This document shows positions 13,141 through 26,639 of a stretch of DNA of 64,000 bases, piece by piece (position 1 is the first letter of the stretch; each line of letters begins with the position of its first letter). This DNA comes from Dicyema japonicum. Taxonomy: Eukaryota; Animalia; Dicyemida. A program made the translations under genes and the position numbers. The notes beneath the pieces are model-generated. The model had not been told where the DNA came from and made no database searches. It worked only from the letters and a program-made list of their open reading frames with translations. The DNA is taken from the NCBI GenBank assembly GCA_011109175.1, contig RDEW01000023.1, positions 786,154 through 850,153 on the forward strand, given 5' to 3'.

Positions 13141-14143
13141 CTTCTTTTTCTTTTTTTATTCATAAATATTTGATTTTTTAATGATTTGAAGTATTAGTTA
13201 ATGCTGTGATGTAACTGTTATGAAACATTATGAATGGAATTTTTTAGGGGTGATATTAAGAGTGTCTTTAGATCGGTTTATCTACATCAGGTTTGCTAAT
13301 TGATGTAGATTGTTACAACGGTCGAGTGTAGGATTTTTGGATAATTTTCAAAATTTGGAGAAAGTGGTGGTATTATTTCTTAGGATATGGTATTTAGTGT
13401 GGATTGCATTTCTAATGATAAAAAGGGTTGGTGGACGATTAGGAGAAATTGTCACTGAGTATATCGATTATAGTGAGGCTAGTGTTATTAGTCGATTGTC
13501 CTATTAATGGATTAGTGTTAATTTGAATAATTTGTTGGTAGTGCAGCTGTAATTTCTTATTTGATGGCTTCTGTTGGAAGCCACTTTACTACCCAAGTCA
13601 TTAATGAGTAGCTTAATAATATAACCACGTGACTTGAAACAAAGAATCTAAGACACGTTTTCAATATTAATAGAAACAGTAAACAAATGACTGATCACGT
13701 ATGATCCATTTTAGAATCAACCAATTCAGACTCGACCCAACCAGAAATCAATAAAGCTAAAAGATAGAGGAAACTATAATAAAAAAGAAATAAACTCAAT
13801 TTCAATTGATTTAATGGACAATTAATGATTCAATTGACAGAATTGAATACAATTTCCTTTCATTAACCCACGTGGTCTCTTCATCAATAATTACGTAATA
13901 AAGAAGCAAATATTTCTAGCGAAGAAAAATAATTATATCCCATTAAGGAAAATATTATTATTATTAAGGAAAATAGACAAGTATGTACTTTTTTTGAAGT
14001 GGAATTAAATTGAATAATATTTTAATTGTGTGAGTTTTTGATATTTATAGTAATTTTTAAAATTAATTTAAAATTAAAAAATATTTTTAAATCAAATTAA
14101 TAAATAGAGGCCTTTATATTTTGTATTTTGTTGACCTCCTTCT

Positions 14144-15344
14144 ATGTAGTTTCCTTTAAAAATTTAAGGTCACTAGAGAGTATTATTCATTCAAACGACC
14201 CAAAACATGTTCAAGACAAAATAAGGGAATACTTAAGAAGACGGAATATCAATCCTCCTTCCGACGTTTCCAGTCGTTATTGCCCATTAAAAAACAAACG
14301 GGGAAATTTAGGACAAAAAGTAAAGTCGAAAACTGCTTCTCTTTCGGACTTTCACCTAATTCCCGTGGAATGCTTTGGTTATATACCTATGTGAGATTTC
14401 AGTTTTATTTATAGTGTCCTTATTGAGGTGGTAGAGTTCATAAAGTTGGAATGTAACCACATGGGAATATTCAGAATTTCTCCCAATAATCACAAAATTG
14501 AAGAATTACTCCGCAATATAGGAGAGGACGACTGGCTGTCTTCTGCAGGAATCTATGAGGTTGCGGGGGTATTCCTCAAGCTATTGAGTTGTTTTGGGGG
14601 ACCAATAATCGGACCTGCATGGGGACCAGTGATGAGAAAGTGCATCCAAATCGATGATTCTTTATTGTTTTATGTATTGGCACTGCTTCCAGTTGAGATG
14701 ACTTGCTTACTAAAGTTGTCTTGATCTTTATTTAGATATTCGATGAGCTGTTTGTGTCACGTGGGTTGCCGGAGTGAGGAGAATTTGATGGACGTGGTGA
14801 ATTTATCTACGGTGGTGATGCCAGCCGTGATTGACTATGTTAAATGTTCGAGCAAGTCTTCGCTAAAGGAGACTCTAATGGTAATTGATTGAATCACGTG
14901 CAGTTGGACAGGCGGATTGTGGAGAGACTGATAATTGACTGGGAGTCGATAGGGATGTACGACCGGGAGATTCTAACAACCGTTATGGAGTTCCCCAGGG
15001 GTCTGTTCTCGAATATGACCAACTCTTGCGTTAAATTGGCGAAGAGGGCTGCGAGCATGTCGAGAAGCATGTTGTCCTCAAGGATATTGAAACGTGGGGA
15101 GTTGCAGTAGTGATGGGACTAATTTATGTTTAGTGGATCGAAGTATCCACTGTTCAGATTCAGATCGACGAGGGTGCAGAATAGTGTGTGTGACAGTCCT
15201 CAGAGGGATATGAAGAGTTTTGCGAAAGAAAAAAAATCAGTGAAACCATTGGAAGAAGAAAACGTGTCTGCTGATGCTGTTGTTTTCTTGAAGGAGGATA
15301 TGGGGACTGGACTGTTTAACTACTCCACTGACTCTGATAGTTGA
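14144..15344 (+). CDS. RhoGAP-domain protein, 6 exons
   Basis: Introns of 23, 24, 21, 23 and 27 nt. IPIVLIEVVEFI...GIFRISPN (arginine finger)...ENLMDVVNLSTVVMP. The exact start codon is inferred. Confidence 0.85.
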
Positions 15345-15879
15345 ATTATACATTTGTATATTTGTTTATTTATGCTTCTTGGTGTTATTTATTTTTGTTT
15401 TGGGATGGTCACAAGTTAGTTGACTGATCACGTGGGTCTATCGCGGATTTCCTGAATTTATTTGTCCAGTAGTATGTTTGGTTTGTCGCATGAGTCACAA
15501 CAAGCGTCATGTTACTTAAGCGAATCGGTTGGATAGTAAAGGAGTCGGGAGACACTGAAAACCCAAAGTTTTACATCAGTGAAGTTTCGACGTAGAATCC
15601 GAATTCGAGTCTCGTCCAGCCAAAAATAGAGATAACTTGGATCATCTGTTAGAAGCTGTACGTATAGTTAGTTTGCTATGTATGTTGACAATAATATTAC
15701 TGTTATGACACGTGGGAAGTTTTGTTTGTGTTTTAGAGGTTTTGAGATATAAAATGTCGTTAATTAGTGTTATCTGATTGATAGATATTTTCATAGCTCA
15801 GCGTTTCTTATAATTTACCACCTAAACGGGAAGACTGTATAATGTTGACTTGTGGTGAAGTAAGAAACTCACATGTCTC

Positions 15880-16560
15880 AACTTATGAATGTAATGAGTA
15901 GCATTATGACCTTTTGACTTTAAAAATATTAACCATTTGAGGAGTAATTTAGTATGTTGAGTGGCTAAGGTAGAGATGGTGACCTACATTGTACGAAATA
16001 TCTATTTTTTGTGATGAATGAAAGCCCTTGTCTTCTTTCNAATGTAATGAGTAATATTATGAACTTTTGACTTTAAAAATATTAACCATTTGAGGAGTAA
16101 TTTAGTAAGTCGAGTGGCTAAGGTAGAGATGGTGACCTACATTGTACGAAATATCTATTTTTTGTGATGAATGAAAGCCCTTGTCTTCTTTCTTGAGTTG
16201 ATGACGTAGCTCTGTCACTTAGTGTATTCATCTTCTCTTCCAATTTTCTAATCGAGGGTTTCCGACAATNCATAACTTATGAATGTAATGAGTAGTATTA
16301 TGAACTTTTGACTTTAAAAATATTAACCATTTGAGGAGTAATTTAGTATGTTGAGTGGCTAAGGTAGAGATGGTGACCTACATTGTACAAAATATCTATT
16401 TTTTCGTGATGAATGAAAGCACTTGTCTTCTTTCTTTAGTTGATGACGTAGCTCTGTCACTTAGTGTATTAATCTTCTCTTCCAATTTTCTAATCGAGGG
16501 TTTTCGACAATTCCCTCTAATTATCTTTCACAAATGGTTTAACAAATGGACTCTACCTAC
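15880..16560. repeat. Three near-identical copies of a roughly 150-250 bp segment separated by single n
   Basis: aatgtaatgagta...gccctt/cacttgtcttctttc recurs after the n at about 16040 and about 16270. Probably overlapping contig ends. Confidence 0.7.
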
Positions 16561-18149
16561 ACATTAAAGAGTTCTTGAAGTTGTTACTTGCACGTAAGGG
16601 GATATCTACTTCCTTCTTAAGTTGATGAAAATTGAAGATCCTTTGATTTGATTGAATCAGATTATTTGGAGTGTCACTCCAATCTGAAGCAATTTGATGG
16701 GAGATTGTAAATTATTCAAGTGAGTGGTCTACTTCCTTAAAACGAGAGACAATCAATAATATTTGAACCACAACTGTCGCTCGAATCGAATTTCCTTTAA
16801 AACTTACCAAATCTTGATCTAACTAAGAGCTACAAGTGAAGAATACCTTTCCTGGGATGTAACTTGTGTAGATGGCTTCTCCTTTTTAACCCCACGTGCC
16901 GAAACCCTTAAAAAATACGAACAGGCTAAATGATAATAGCGGGAAACTGTATGATAATTTTCTTCTGATACTATTCATCAGTATGCGCAAAACAAAACTA
17001 CAAATTAAGGAAAATTATTTTTTCCACGTCTCACAGATCATTGGCGATAGTCAATTAATTTATTAAGCCTACTCGATTTTCTGAGAAATTTCTTTTTACT
17101 TTGGACCGTAAGGATCTTTTAATTTCTCTTCTAGCAAAATTTATTCAACACAGGAATGGCAAAAAGGTCTCCAAAGCAGGCATGCTCACGATCATGGTTC
17201 CCTTTTCGATATTTTATAAATATATTATATCCTGTGGCTCCCCAATATTTGTTAGTATTTAAATTAAATAAATTATTAAAAAAGTAGAAAAACTTGTATT
17301 CCCATTACAACTTACCACCTTTATTGACNNNNNNNNNNNNNNNNNNNNNNNNNNNNNNNNNNNNNNNNNNNNNNNNNNNNNNNNNNNNNNNNNNNNNTGA
17401 TAAGTTTGACTTATCAGCCCGGACACGAAGATGGCCCCGGGTTCTCATACTATACGACATTTATTATAGATTTGAAAAATTTTGTTTTGATTGACGAAAC
17501 TGATATCCGGGGACAGAAATATGTCAATACACTTATTGGAAGAATTTCTGATCCCAAGAAATGTTTTTAATATCTTGTGGTCATTGTCTTCTGCGGCTTA
17601 CTCTTCTATTATATGTCAGATAATTGACGATGTTCTATGGATTTTGCGATAGATCGTGAAGACGCTGTTAACATATTTAGAAATTGCATTTCGGGGACGA
17701 TTTATGTGGAATCATGAAGTACTGGAATCAAGATTAATTTTCACTCGAGTGATTTCTCTCACAAACGTGGAAAAATAACATATTTCTCCATAACTATCTG
17801 AAAATTTCCTTCCACATCATTTTTTGTTGAGAAGTTTTTCTTTATTGGAAAAATTCTATCCTAAACCCTAAATTTTAAATCCGAAAACGTTTTGTATTAC
17901 ATTATTCTGTATTTTAATAAAGATTTTGATTAGTTTTTTATATTAAAAAATTTTTTTGTAGATAAATTGATCATAATGTCAAAAATGGTCAAAATTTTGA
18001 AATTTTAAAGTCTATAAAGTCAATTTTTAGGTTAAAATTTCCGATTTATAAAGTCAAAAATAAAAATCGCCCTAATTATTAATAGAAATGTCCGTGGAAC
18101 CAGAAAAGTTAACTAATTTGAGATTCCACTTTTTCCATCCATCTCTGGA

Positions 18150-18830
18150 TACGCGTCGTGAGTCGTTTCCATCCACCCCTGTTTCTCGCATCAGATCATC
18201 CAGATCCTCTCTTGTTTTCAGTTTTCTTTATATGCAAGTGAGTTCTTTGTCAACCTCGATACGTTGTTTTGTTTAATACAAAAAAGTATGATTCCATGGC
18301 CTAATTGGCCGGTGCCATTTCCGAAGCTCTTAGGATATGTCCAGAAAGCTGCCATTTCGCAGAAGTAACTTTATTCCCAATCTGTGTCGTTTGAGTGATT
18401 CTATAGAGCTCGTTGTTGGTCATCCGTTTTGCCTAGTAGATTCCCAGGAGAAATCGTAATTGATTTCTGTAAAAAACATAGGAAGCCGCAATTTGTATTG
18501 AATGATACGTGAGGACTACTCATCCACCGGACTGTTTTTTGTTTAGTGCCAATGTTGCTACAGTTTTCTTCGTTTAATGTCTTCCCAGTCTTCTAGTACA
18601 TAACACAACTTTCTCACTATTCTCCATGTTTTATCAGCCGACTGGACCTCTATTTCACTGTTGTTTTGTTTGCTTTCCAATATTCAATTTCAATGATCAT
18701 TTGTCCAATATTTCGTGTGCACATTTGATGATATTTTGTATATCCTTCATTTTTTCCGAAAATAGTCTAGTAGCCCACGCAAGTTGCTTCGACAAAGATA
18801 AAGAATAAAATGGGAGATGTGAAATCACCT
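18150..18830 (-). mobile_element. RTE LINE 3' relic
   Basis: The minus strand gives KWQLSGHILR...APAN*AMESYF. Homologous to 21130-21660. Confidence 0.6.
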
Positions 18831-18879
18831 ATGGTACCCCAATATAAGTATAAAAATTTTCAGACCATCATGGCCGAGT

Positions 18880-20460
18880 TGGACGCTAAGATCTGTGTCA
18901 ACAACAGTAATCTTATCAACCTTAGGGAATGCTCGTCCAATATTGGGCGATAGGAAGATGATCTATTGGCTTGTTGGGTTTTCGAATAGGTCTGATTAGA
19001 GACTTCTTCCATATTTCATGGATTGTACTTGTGTTAATGGATAGGTTGAAGATATAGGCTAATAGTTCCAAGGCTCGATGGCCTAGGTGCTTCAGTTCAC
19101 ATGTGGTTATGTTGTCTGGTCCTTTGGCCTCTGAGTTGTTGGCCTTGGATATGGCTCTGCGAACATCCTGACTAGTAAATAGGATACAGTCATCGGAGCG
19201 TTTCGGTTCAATCTTTTTCAGGAATACTTGGTGTTTTTTTGAAAACTTCCTGTAGGATATAGATGTGTAATATTTTATCAGAGTGTCTGGTTTTATGTAG
19301 ACTTCGACTTTTCTCTCTGGGGAGGGTCTTTTAATGTTTTTGATCCACTTCCACACTATTTGGATTGGGGGGTTTTTGTAGAGAGCTTTCGATAGTCTCG
19401 TCCATCTATTTGCATTTTCTGTCTTTATGTTGTTGTCGATCTCTCTGTTCAATTCTCGGATTTTCCTGATGTTCTCTTCTGTTGGCGATTTTACCATCTT
19501 TAGACTATTTCGTTCTCTGATCAGATGTTTCGTCGTTGTGTTGAAACGTTTTGATGACGTTGGTTGTCTCCCCATAGGAATGTACTTCTTTTTCGCAACC
19601 TTTATGGTAGAGTTGAACCATTTCACTAATTGTTCGACGGAGGGAGAAGTGGGGAAATTTAATAGTCCAATACAATTATCGACGTATTCCTTGAATCCTC
19701 TTCAATTTGCAAGGCTGTAATTAATTATCGTTGGGCATTGTCCTTTTATCCGTGACCTCGTTTTGACCTCCAAAAATATTGGATTGTGGTCACTCCTGGT
19801 GTCATATTTCACTGACCAGTCAATAAGAGGGGCCAAAAACGGTGATGACAGTGAGATGTCGATAAAAGGGTTATCGTTACGTCGAGTAGGTGTTCTTGTA
19901 TGGGATGAAGGATCGATGAGTATACATAGGCTGTGTAGGTCCTCAATTATCATCTTCCCTCTTTTGTCGAAGGTTTGTCCTGCCAGCCACAGTGGGTGCT
20001 TCTCATTGAAGTCACCACAGATAATCACATCTTTCAGTAATGCGAGAGGAGTAAGTCTAGGAGCACTGGACGATCAGGAACTCAACAGTGGGAGATATGC
20101 GTTGACAATTATTATTGATAGTCTTGGGAATTGTACTTTGGTAACCAAAAGTTCGAGATTTCCATATTCTTTAAGCATAGTGTAAGCACTGTTAGTTAAG
20201 TCCTCAGACGGAATGCAGTTGCGGATAACTGTGAGAAGACCCTTACCAAGTTTGCCAATTCTGTCACGGCGAATTACTGTGAATCCCGGAAATACTGGTG
20301 TTGAATTCTTTGAAAAAAGTTTAGACTCTTGAATTAGCAANTATTTTCTGTACAAAATTGGCCTCTTGATTTCATGGTTTATGAATCCAAGGGAATCGAT
20401 AAGGTCATGCGGACGTTAGCGACTTTAGATCCAGCTGCAGTAGTATACCTTGTTCTTACT
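18880..20460 (-). mobile_element. Jockey/I-like LINE ORF2: AP endonuclease plus start of RT, frameshifted
   Basis: IQESKL, IRRDR, NAYLP, ICGDFNEKHPLW, IDISL and SDHNPI (APE motifs), then AKGPDNI...WKKSLIRPIRKPNK. Confidence 0.85.
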
Positions 20461-21129
20461 CGTATGCCCTCAGATATATAAATTTTGAAATTAATCTCGT
20501 CCTTAAAAAGGTAAATTTTTATAATTCTTGCAAAAAACTATATTTTTCTTTATTTTTCGTAGTATTGACATTCTCGTTTTCAAAACTCATAAATTCCTCC
20601 ACAACTCTCTTGTTTTTCTCCATCTCTTAACGACAATATGCAGTAGATTGAGGAACGTTTAGCAGAGTTGCTAAAGGACGTCAATCTCCAATTAATTTTT
20701 ATTTGATGTGGTCCACCACTGTAGAAACGCAACGATGGTCGTTTTTACGTCCTCTCCTTTCGGAAATGCGCTGGAAAAGTTATCAACGGAGTTATTGAGT
20801 GGGGACTTGATTCTAGCGGATTTCCAGTTCAGTTGAAGCCTCTCGGATTGACAAAATAACTTTCTTTCCTCGAGAAAGCGCTAGATGTTTACCCTGGAAT
20901 TCCACCTTCATGGATGACCTCTTTCCTCCAACCTTGCACTGACAGCAACTAAGAAAGGGCCGAGACTCCAAGAAAAGGAAATATGAAAGTCTTGATAGAA
21001 AGTTCATTTCTGAAACAGTCGCCGTCGAAACATCATGAGTAAGGGCCATAAAATGCCATTTTTAAAAGAAGGATCATTTTTTAGCAGTGAGTTAAATTAC
21101 ATGAAAATTAATTAAAAATGTTTTATCTG

Positions 21130-22430
21130 TACGAAGTTATAAATTCTGTTTCTCGAATCCGTCCTCAGATTATCCAGATCCTCTCCTGTTTTCAGTTTTC
21201 TTCTTATCAAAGTGAGTTCTTTGTCGACCTCAATACGTTGTTTTGTTTAATACAGAAANCATTTTTGCCATAAATTGCCATTTTTAAAGGAAGGGTCATT
21301 TTTTAGCAATGAGTTAAATTACATGAAAATTAACTAAAAAATTTTTTTCTGTACGAAGTTATAGAATTTGTTTCTCGCTCAGAACATCCAGATCCTCTCC
21401 TGTTTTCAGGTGTCTTCTTATCAAAGTGAGTTCTTTGTCGACGTCGATACGTTGTTTTGTTCAATACAAAAAAGTATGATTCTATGGCCTGATTGGCCGG
21501 TGCAATTTCCGAAGCTCTTAGGATAAAGAGCTGACATTTCGCAGAAGTAACTTTATTCCCGATCTTTGTTGTTTGAGTAATTCTATATAGCTCGTCGCCA
21601 GTAGACTCCCAGAAAAAGTCGCAGTTGTTTTCTGTGGAAAGACTTGAGGTTTTCCAGTTCTTTGGTGGTTAGGCCCAAAGTCCCCGCGTTATAAAGTAGA
21701 ATTGATTGGATAATGTAGTTGAAACAACCGAATTCGAAGGCTAGTGTTTATGTACTTTCGCCCCATCCAGATCGCCCACAATTTTTTGAAAGAAGCAACC
21801 GCCAGAACTTTCCTGTGAATAACGTCCTCCGAGTTCCAGAGGAGAGATCCAACTTTCTTGAATGTTCTCCACTTTTCCTCGTTTCTCGTCATGCAACGGA
21901 ATATGCTAGTTCTTTCCGTTTTGTCTGGGTTTACTAGCATGAACCAGTCCTCCAAGCTTTGAAGGATCACTTATAATATAGTTTGCAACGTATCCCTATC
22001 ACGGCAGACGAAATCAATATCATCGGCGTAGATTACTTTTATCATGTTAGTGAAGCAGTTCTTTTCCCGGAGAGGTCATAGAGCTACCTCCAGGTATATT
22101 ATGAATAGGACCTGTAATATCGTGTCTCCCTGTAGTGCGCCGGTGTCAGTTTTAAATATTGTTGAGTTGTAATTTCCCACGCACACTGATAGCGATGTGT
22201 TGGAGAATAAAAATTCGATTTTGAATAATATGTTTGTTTATCTTGGAAGCAGATCACTGACCCTGCTGAACTGTATCGGATCACTTCTCACAAGTATGAA
22301 GGTTAATATTGGAGAAAGGATCTGGAATATTGTGCGCATTTCGTTAAAATCGTCATTGGAGATAGAATTTCAATTCTGAGAGCGGCCAACCTGGCTGAAA
22401 TGAGCTTCTAGTAGTTGTTAACTTTTTTGT
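21130..22430 (-). mobile_element. RTE LINE RT and C-terminal relic
   Basis: KKVGSLL..SEDV.HRKVLAVASFKKL.AIW...SLRIRL and ADDIDF, on the minus strand. Confidence 0.7.
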
Positions 22431-23240
22431 AGTTAAAAATAAAAATTTTCTTTTAAACAATTGATTTATTAATAATTAAGACAGTCATCCATCCAAAGTG
22501 GTCCGCGCAGACATTATCGACGTTGCGTTGCCTCTCACGGTTCCAACTGAAATCAACTAAAGAAGCATCGGGTCTCACGTGCGTCGTAACATTTTGGAGC
22601 AGCTAGGCGTCTTAGTTTCTATAAGGAGCGAAGCGATTTTCCACTTATTCTTCTCAACTAAAGAAGCATCGGGTCTCACGTGCGTCGTAACATTTTGGTG
22701 CAGCTAGGCGTCTTAGTTTCTTTAAGGAGCGAAGCGATTTTCCACTTATTCTTCCAGTTGGATAGAACTCGAATAGATCTCGTAGAACTTCTTATTTTTT
22801 TCTTTTGCGCTGATCGTTTTTTCCGCGGCATGGAGTGTGTCTACCGCGCTCCCGACAATGTTGGATGGGAAAGTTGGTCGACACAAGTACCATCCCAGAC
22901 CAAAGGTTTTCCCTCTTCGAATGGAAAAATTGTGACCCCGTCAAACGTTTTTCGTTTCCTCTGTCCAGGCCAACAGGTTCAAGTATGGCGAGGTATCCCG
23001 CAGACTCCAGGGCTTGCTTGACAATTCCGTTATTAATATTATCATTAACCCCAGCCTCATTAGTAAGCCCAGCATAAACAGTCATAACTAACTAATCCAA
23101 GGAATCATTTGTGAGTCCGGAAAATCTCCAGTCTAAGTTTCGAGGAGATGCCGACGGGGACCCGACACTACTAACGGGGAGTGTATTGATCCAAGCGCCA
23201 CTCCGTTCGCAATTTCAAGTGACTAGACAGACATATCTGT
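22430..23240 (-). mobile_element. CRE-like non-LTR retrotransposon 3' region
   Basis: SGAWINTLP, GYLAILEPVGLDRGNEKR.TG, and ISVGTVRGNATSIMS*. Confidence 0.75.
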
Positions 23241-23502
23241 GTGGTTTGATTGGTTNTATGTTATGTTATCCAACTAGCAATTGGAATAGCCACACAATTA
23301 GGGCCACCACTGTTTGATCCTCGGCTGATAAAAATTTCGCCTATTCAGCCTCGAGAGATATAACTTTTCTTCTGCCTTTTGAAGGATTGCGATTGTCTAC
23401 GTGGTTGGAATAATTATAAAGGGCGTGGAAAATAATTTTAACTAGTTTTGCTCAAAAGCGAGATTTTCTCAAGTTGATGAGACCCGTAAATAAAATTAAT
23501 CG

Positions 23503-24600
23503 TTAAACAACCAAATTATCACGGAAATACGCAAGCAAAGCAATAATCGTAGTACCAACGAACAAACCGGAGAATTCAATGGCCAGAATTTTGACTGCTG
23601 TGTTCATAAATTCACTTGGATCATCTAAGATCTGGGACCGTATTTTCTTGAGTTCCAAAACCTTCGATGAGATCAGACCATACCATTGCGAAGAAAGAAA
23701 TATTGACAAAGATTCCCATAACAAATGCAAGGGACCAGCTAATCATGCCGTCCACTGAGCCGAATATCATCCCCAAAATAAATCCAAAAACAAGGAAGAC
23801 GATTGAAATGTAGTTCAAAAGGAGAGCTTTTCTAACCGAGTACCCCGAGTTGAGGAAGATTGAAATATCNACTAAATNNNNNNNNNNNNNNNNNNNNNNN
23901 NNNNNNNNNNNNNNNNNNNNNNNNNNNNNNNNNNNNNNNNNNNNNNNNNNNNNNNNNNNNNNNNNNNNNNNNNNNNNNNNNNNNNNTTGTCAAATAATAG
24001 TCTCGCCTATTTCATGAGTGAACTCTTCGCAGATAATCACTATCCCGAGACTGACTCCAAGGGAGAGGCTGAAGGAGTAAGCCGTACTTAAGGAGAACCC
24101 GTCCATAAACTTGTGGATACTGTCTCCGATGATGATTGCCGTTATAATGGAAGTCGATTTTTGTGTAACCTGATTTATAACTTTCAAAAACCTGCTGGTT
24201 ATCTTTTTTCAATCTCTGGAAGACGTCGAAGATTGCGTCGATCGCCAGTATTAAGTAAACCCCCATCAATATAGTCAGACCTTTGCTTAGAAGTACTCCC
24301 TTGGGTTCCTCAATGTTAAAAATCTAAAAAAATATTTGAAACCAAACTTCAGATAGCAAAAATAGCACGGAGACTCCACCCAAGGCTCCAATTGATTGGG
24401 AGAGTAGGAACGACAGAATGTACTTGTAAAAGTATTTGCAGCTCAAAAAAGCAAAAAAGAAGCCAATTCCTGAAAATATGGAAATAATAAGCACATTTAC
24501 TGTCCCATATAGCCAGGCTAACTTAGAAATGCACAAATTACAGTACTTTTTTGTTTGGTCGTTTAGTTTTAAGGACTTTATCTTTCAAAGGTTCCGATAG
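23503..24600 (-). CDS. SLC39A: ZIP (SLC39) metal transporter, ZIP8/ZIP14-like LIV-1 type; contains an N-gap and the 5' end is not resolved
   Basis: Introns of 22-25 nt. AWLYG...GDSIHKFMDG...CEEFTHEIG [gap] DISIFLNSGYSVRKALLLN...GIFVNISFFAM. Confidence 0.85.
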
Positions 24601-24920
24601 GACAGGGAAATAGAATGAAGTTTATATAAATATAAGCAATAAGTCACGAGTTTTATGTTAAATGTCGCATGCCATTACGGTTACACTAAAATAAACGTTA
24701 CAATACTTTACCTTTTTCGATAATTCATTTCCCCTGACGAATTGCAAGGAAATCTATTTGACGGATCTCGACCACTTTGGGTACTATGTTAGGTGGAAGA
24801 TTTTGTTCCTCGGAATTATTTACTTTTGAACTTTACATACAAGACATCACAATGTTTGGTTCATGCAACTGAGAGCTACTCCCATGTCGTATTCAACTTA
24901 GATTCATGTGATGTTCAGTA

Positions 24921-25810
24921 TCATAACTTCAAATAACTAGCAGCGCTCACGAGGTCTCCTGTTCGTGCAGCGATCCGATTCCCTAGACGACTCAAGAATT
25001 CCAGCGTCGCAGGCGCAAGGGAACCGGCGAGTGGAACAAACAAAAAATCCTTGGGTAGAACCGCGTACTTTTCCCGTTTCATCTTCTCGGTTTTCTCGGC
25101 AACAGAACAGGCTCCAGAGGCACTCTGGAGTAGGTTGCAAGAGGTAAACGTGTCGGTGCATGTAACGTCCCAGACAAGAAAATTCCCGGCTTCAAAAGGG
25201 AGGATTGTCATCCCATCTGGTCGTTTCCCGTCCCGTCTGCAAAGACCGATTGCTTTGAGCATAGATGGGTGTTCGGCAACGTCCAAAGCTCGCCTAACAA
25301 TATCGTTCAAGGCCATGTGTCTGGGAAATCTGTTTGCACTCTTCTGCAGGAGAGAGGGTGTAGGCCAAAACAGTCGATCTTGTCTCCGCATCGGCACGGA
25401 TGTGGAACACAGACTTTTAATCCCAGTCGCAATGAGATCCCAATACGGAATCATTCATCATCCAGGAAGGTACTCAGAACTCCATTGTGAATGGCGTTGA
25501 GCCATGCACAGCGATGTTGGCTAGATGATACTAGCAAATCTTTGAAAAAATTCCAACATATAGCATCGTCTAGGCCCGCTGAGAGAACGAAAAAGGCAGA
25601 GAAAGCTGATAAGTGCGGCTCCAGGCCTCGCGAGCATGGCCGACGTCTTTGTCAATAGAGAATTCAGCTAGAGATGGTAGAATCCTCTTGACATGGGTGT
25701 TACAGGCCATTAGCGATGATAGATATGAAGGGGAAATAGGTCCACAACTGATCTTTTCAAAATCTGCATAATTTTCTTTGATTAAATACCGTGAGTTTTG
25801 CAATTTTTCC
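24921..25810 (-). mobile_element. CRE-like retrotransposon zinc finger and RLE domain
   Basis: AWLNAI...RIGISLRLG...PHPCRCG...GLHPLSC, RHMALNDIVRRAL, RRDGKRPDGMT..VWDVTCTDT, and EKMKREKY. Confidence 0.85.
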
Positions 25811-26639
25811 AAACTATATTTTATTTTGCAATTTTTCCATGAAACAAATTTTAATTCATTATCGATTGCTTCACAGCAATAATACCATCGTAATCCATCT
25901 TCTTAAAAATTGTTGTATTTTATTGCAACGAGATATTTGGAATAACAAAATGCCGATCTAAGAAACTCCCCCATCTTGAGAAAATTACATCTGGAGGCAA
26001 TTTAATCTCAACAAACAGAGCTCTGCGCTTTATTGACTTCGAAAGATCATATAAGTCAATAAATAATATCAATTATATCATTCGAATTCGAATGTACTAA
26101 ATTTACGGCTGATTTCACAATGTATAAAGTCTCTGGATTACAAATAGTCAAGAAAATATATTATTTTCCCGTTAATGTTACTTTCATCAATTAAATAGAA
26201 TTGTCTGTTTAAAAATGTTTTTTGTAATTCAATAATATGAAAATCATAAATATTTTTTCTGAGTTCTGTAGTAGACGGGACATGATAATTTAATTAAAGG
26301 AAAAACTTATATAACTATTCCCTAATTAGTTATGTGGAATATCGGCTATAAATGCTTTAACTAAAAAGCCTTCCAGTTTTTCTTTGTTGAGAGAAACCTC
26401 ACAAATATGAATTGATAGCAAATGAACTTTGGCTACTCTATGAANTCAATTAAATAGAATTGTTTGTTTAAAAATGTTTTCTGTAATTCAATAATATGAA
26501 AATCATAAATATTTTTTCGGAGTTCTGTAGTAGACGGGACATGATAATTTAATTAAAGGAAAAACTTATATAACTATTCCCCAATTGGTTATGTGGAATA
26601 TCGGCTATAAATGCTTTAACTAAAAAGCCTTCCAGTTTT

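Noticed and set aside
13200-13620. ORF 13310-13507 and possible spliced minus-strand frames after Ran
   Set aside because: No consistent exon chain or recognisable motif.
20560-20760. Possible IS630/Tc1-like helix-turn-helix (RPLATLLNVPQSTAY) on the minus strand
   Set aside because: Short and full of stops, with no DDE domain or TIR found.
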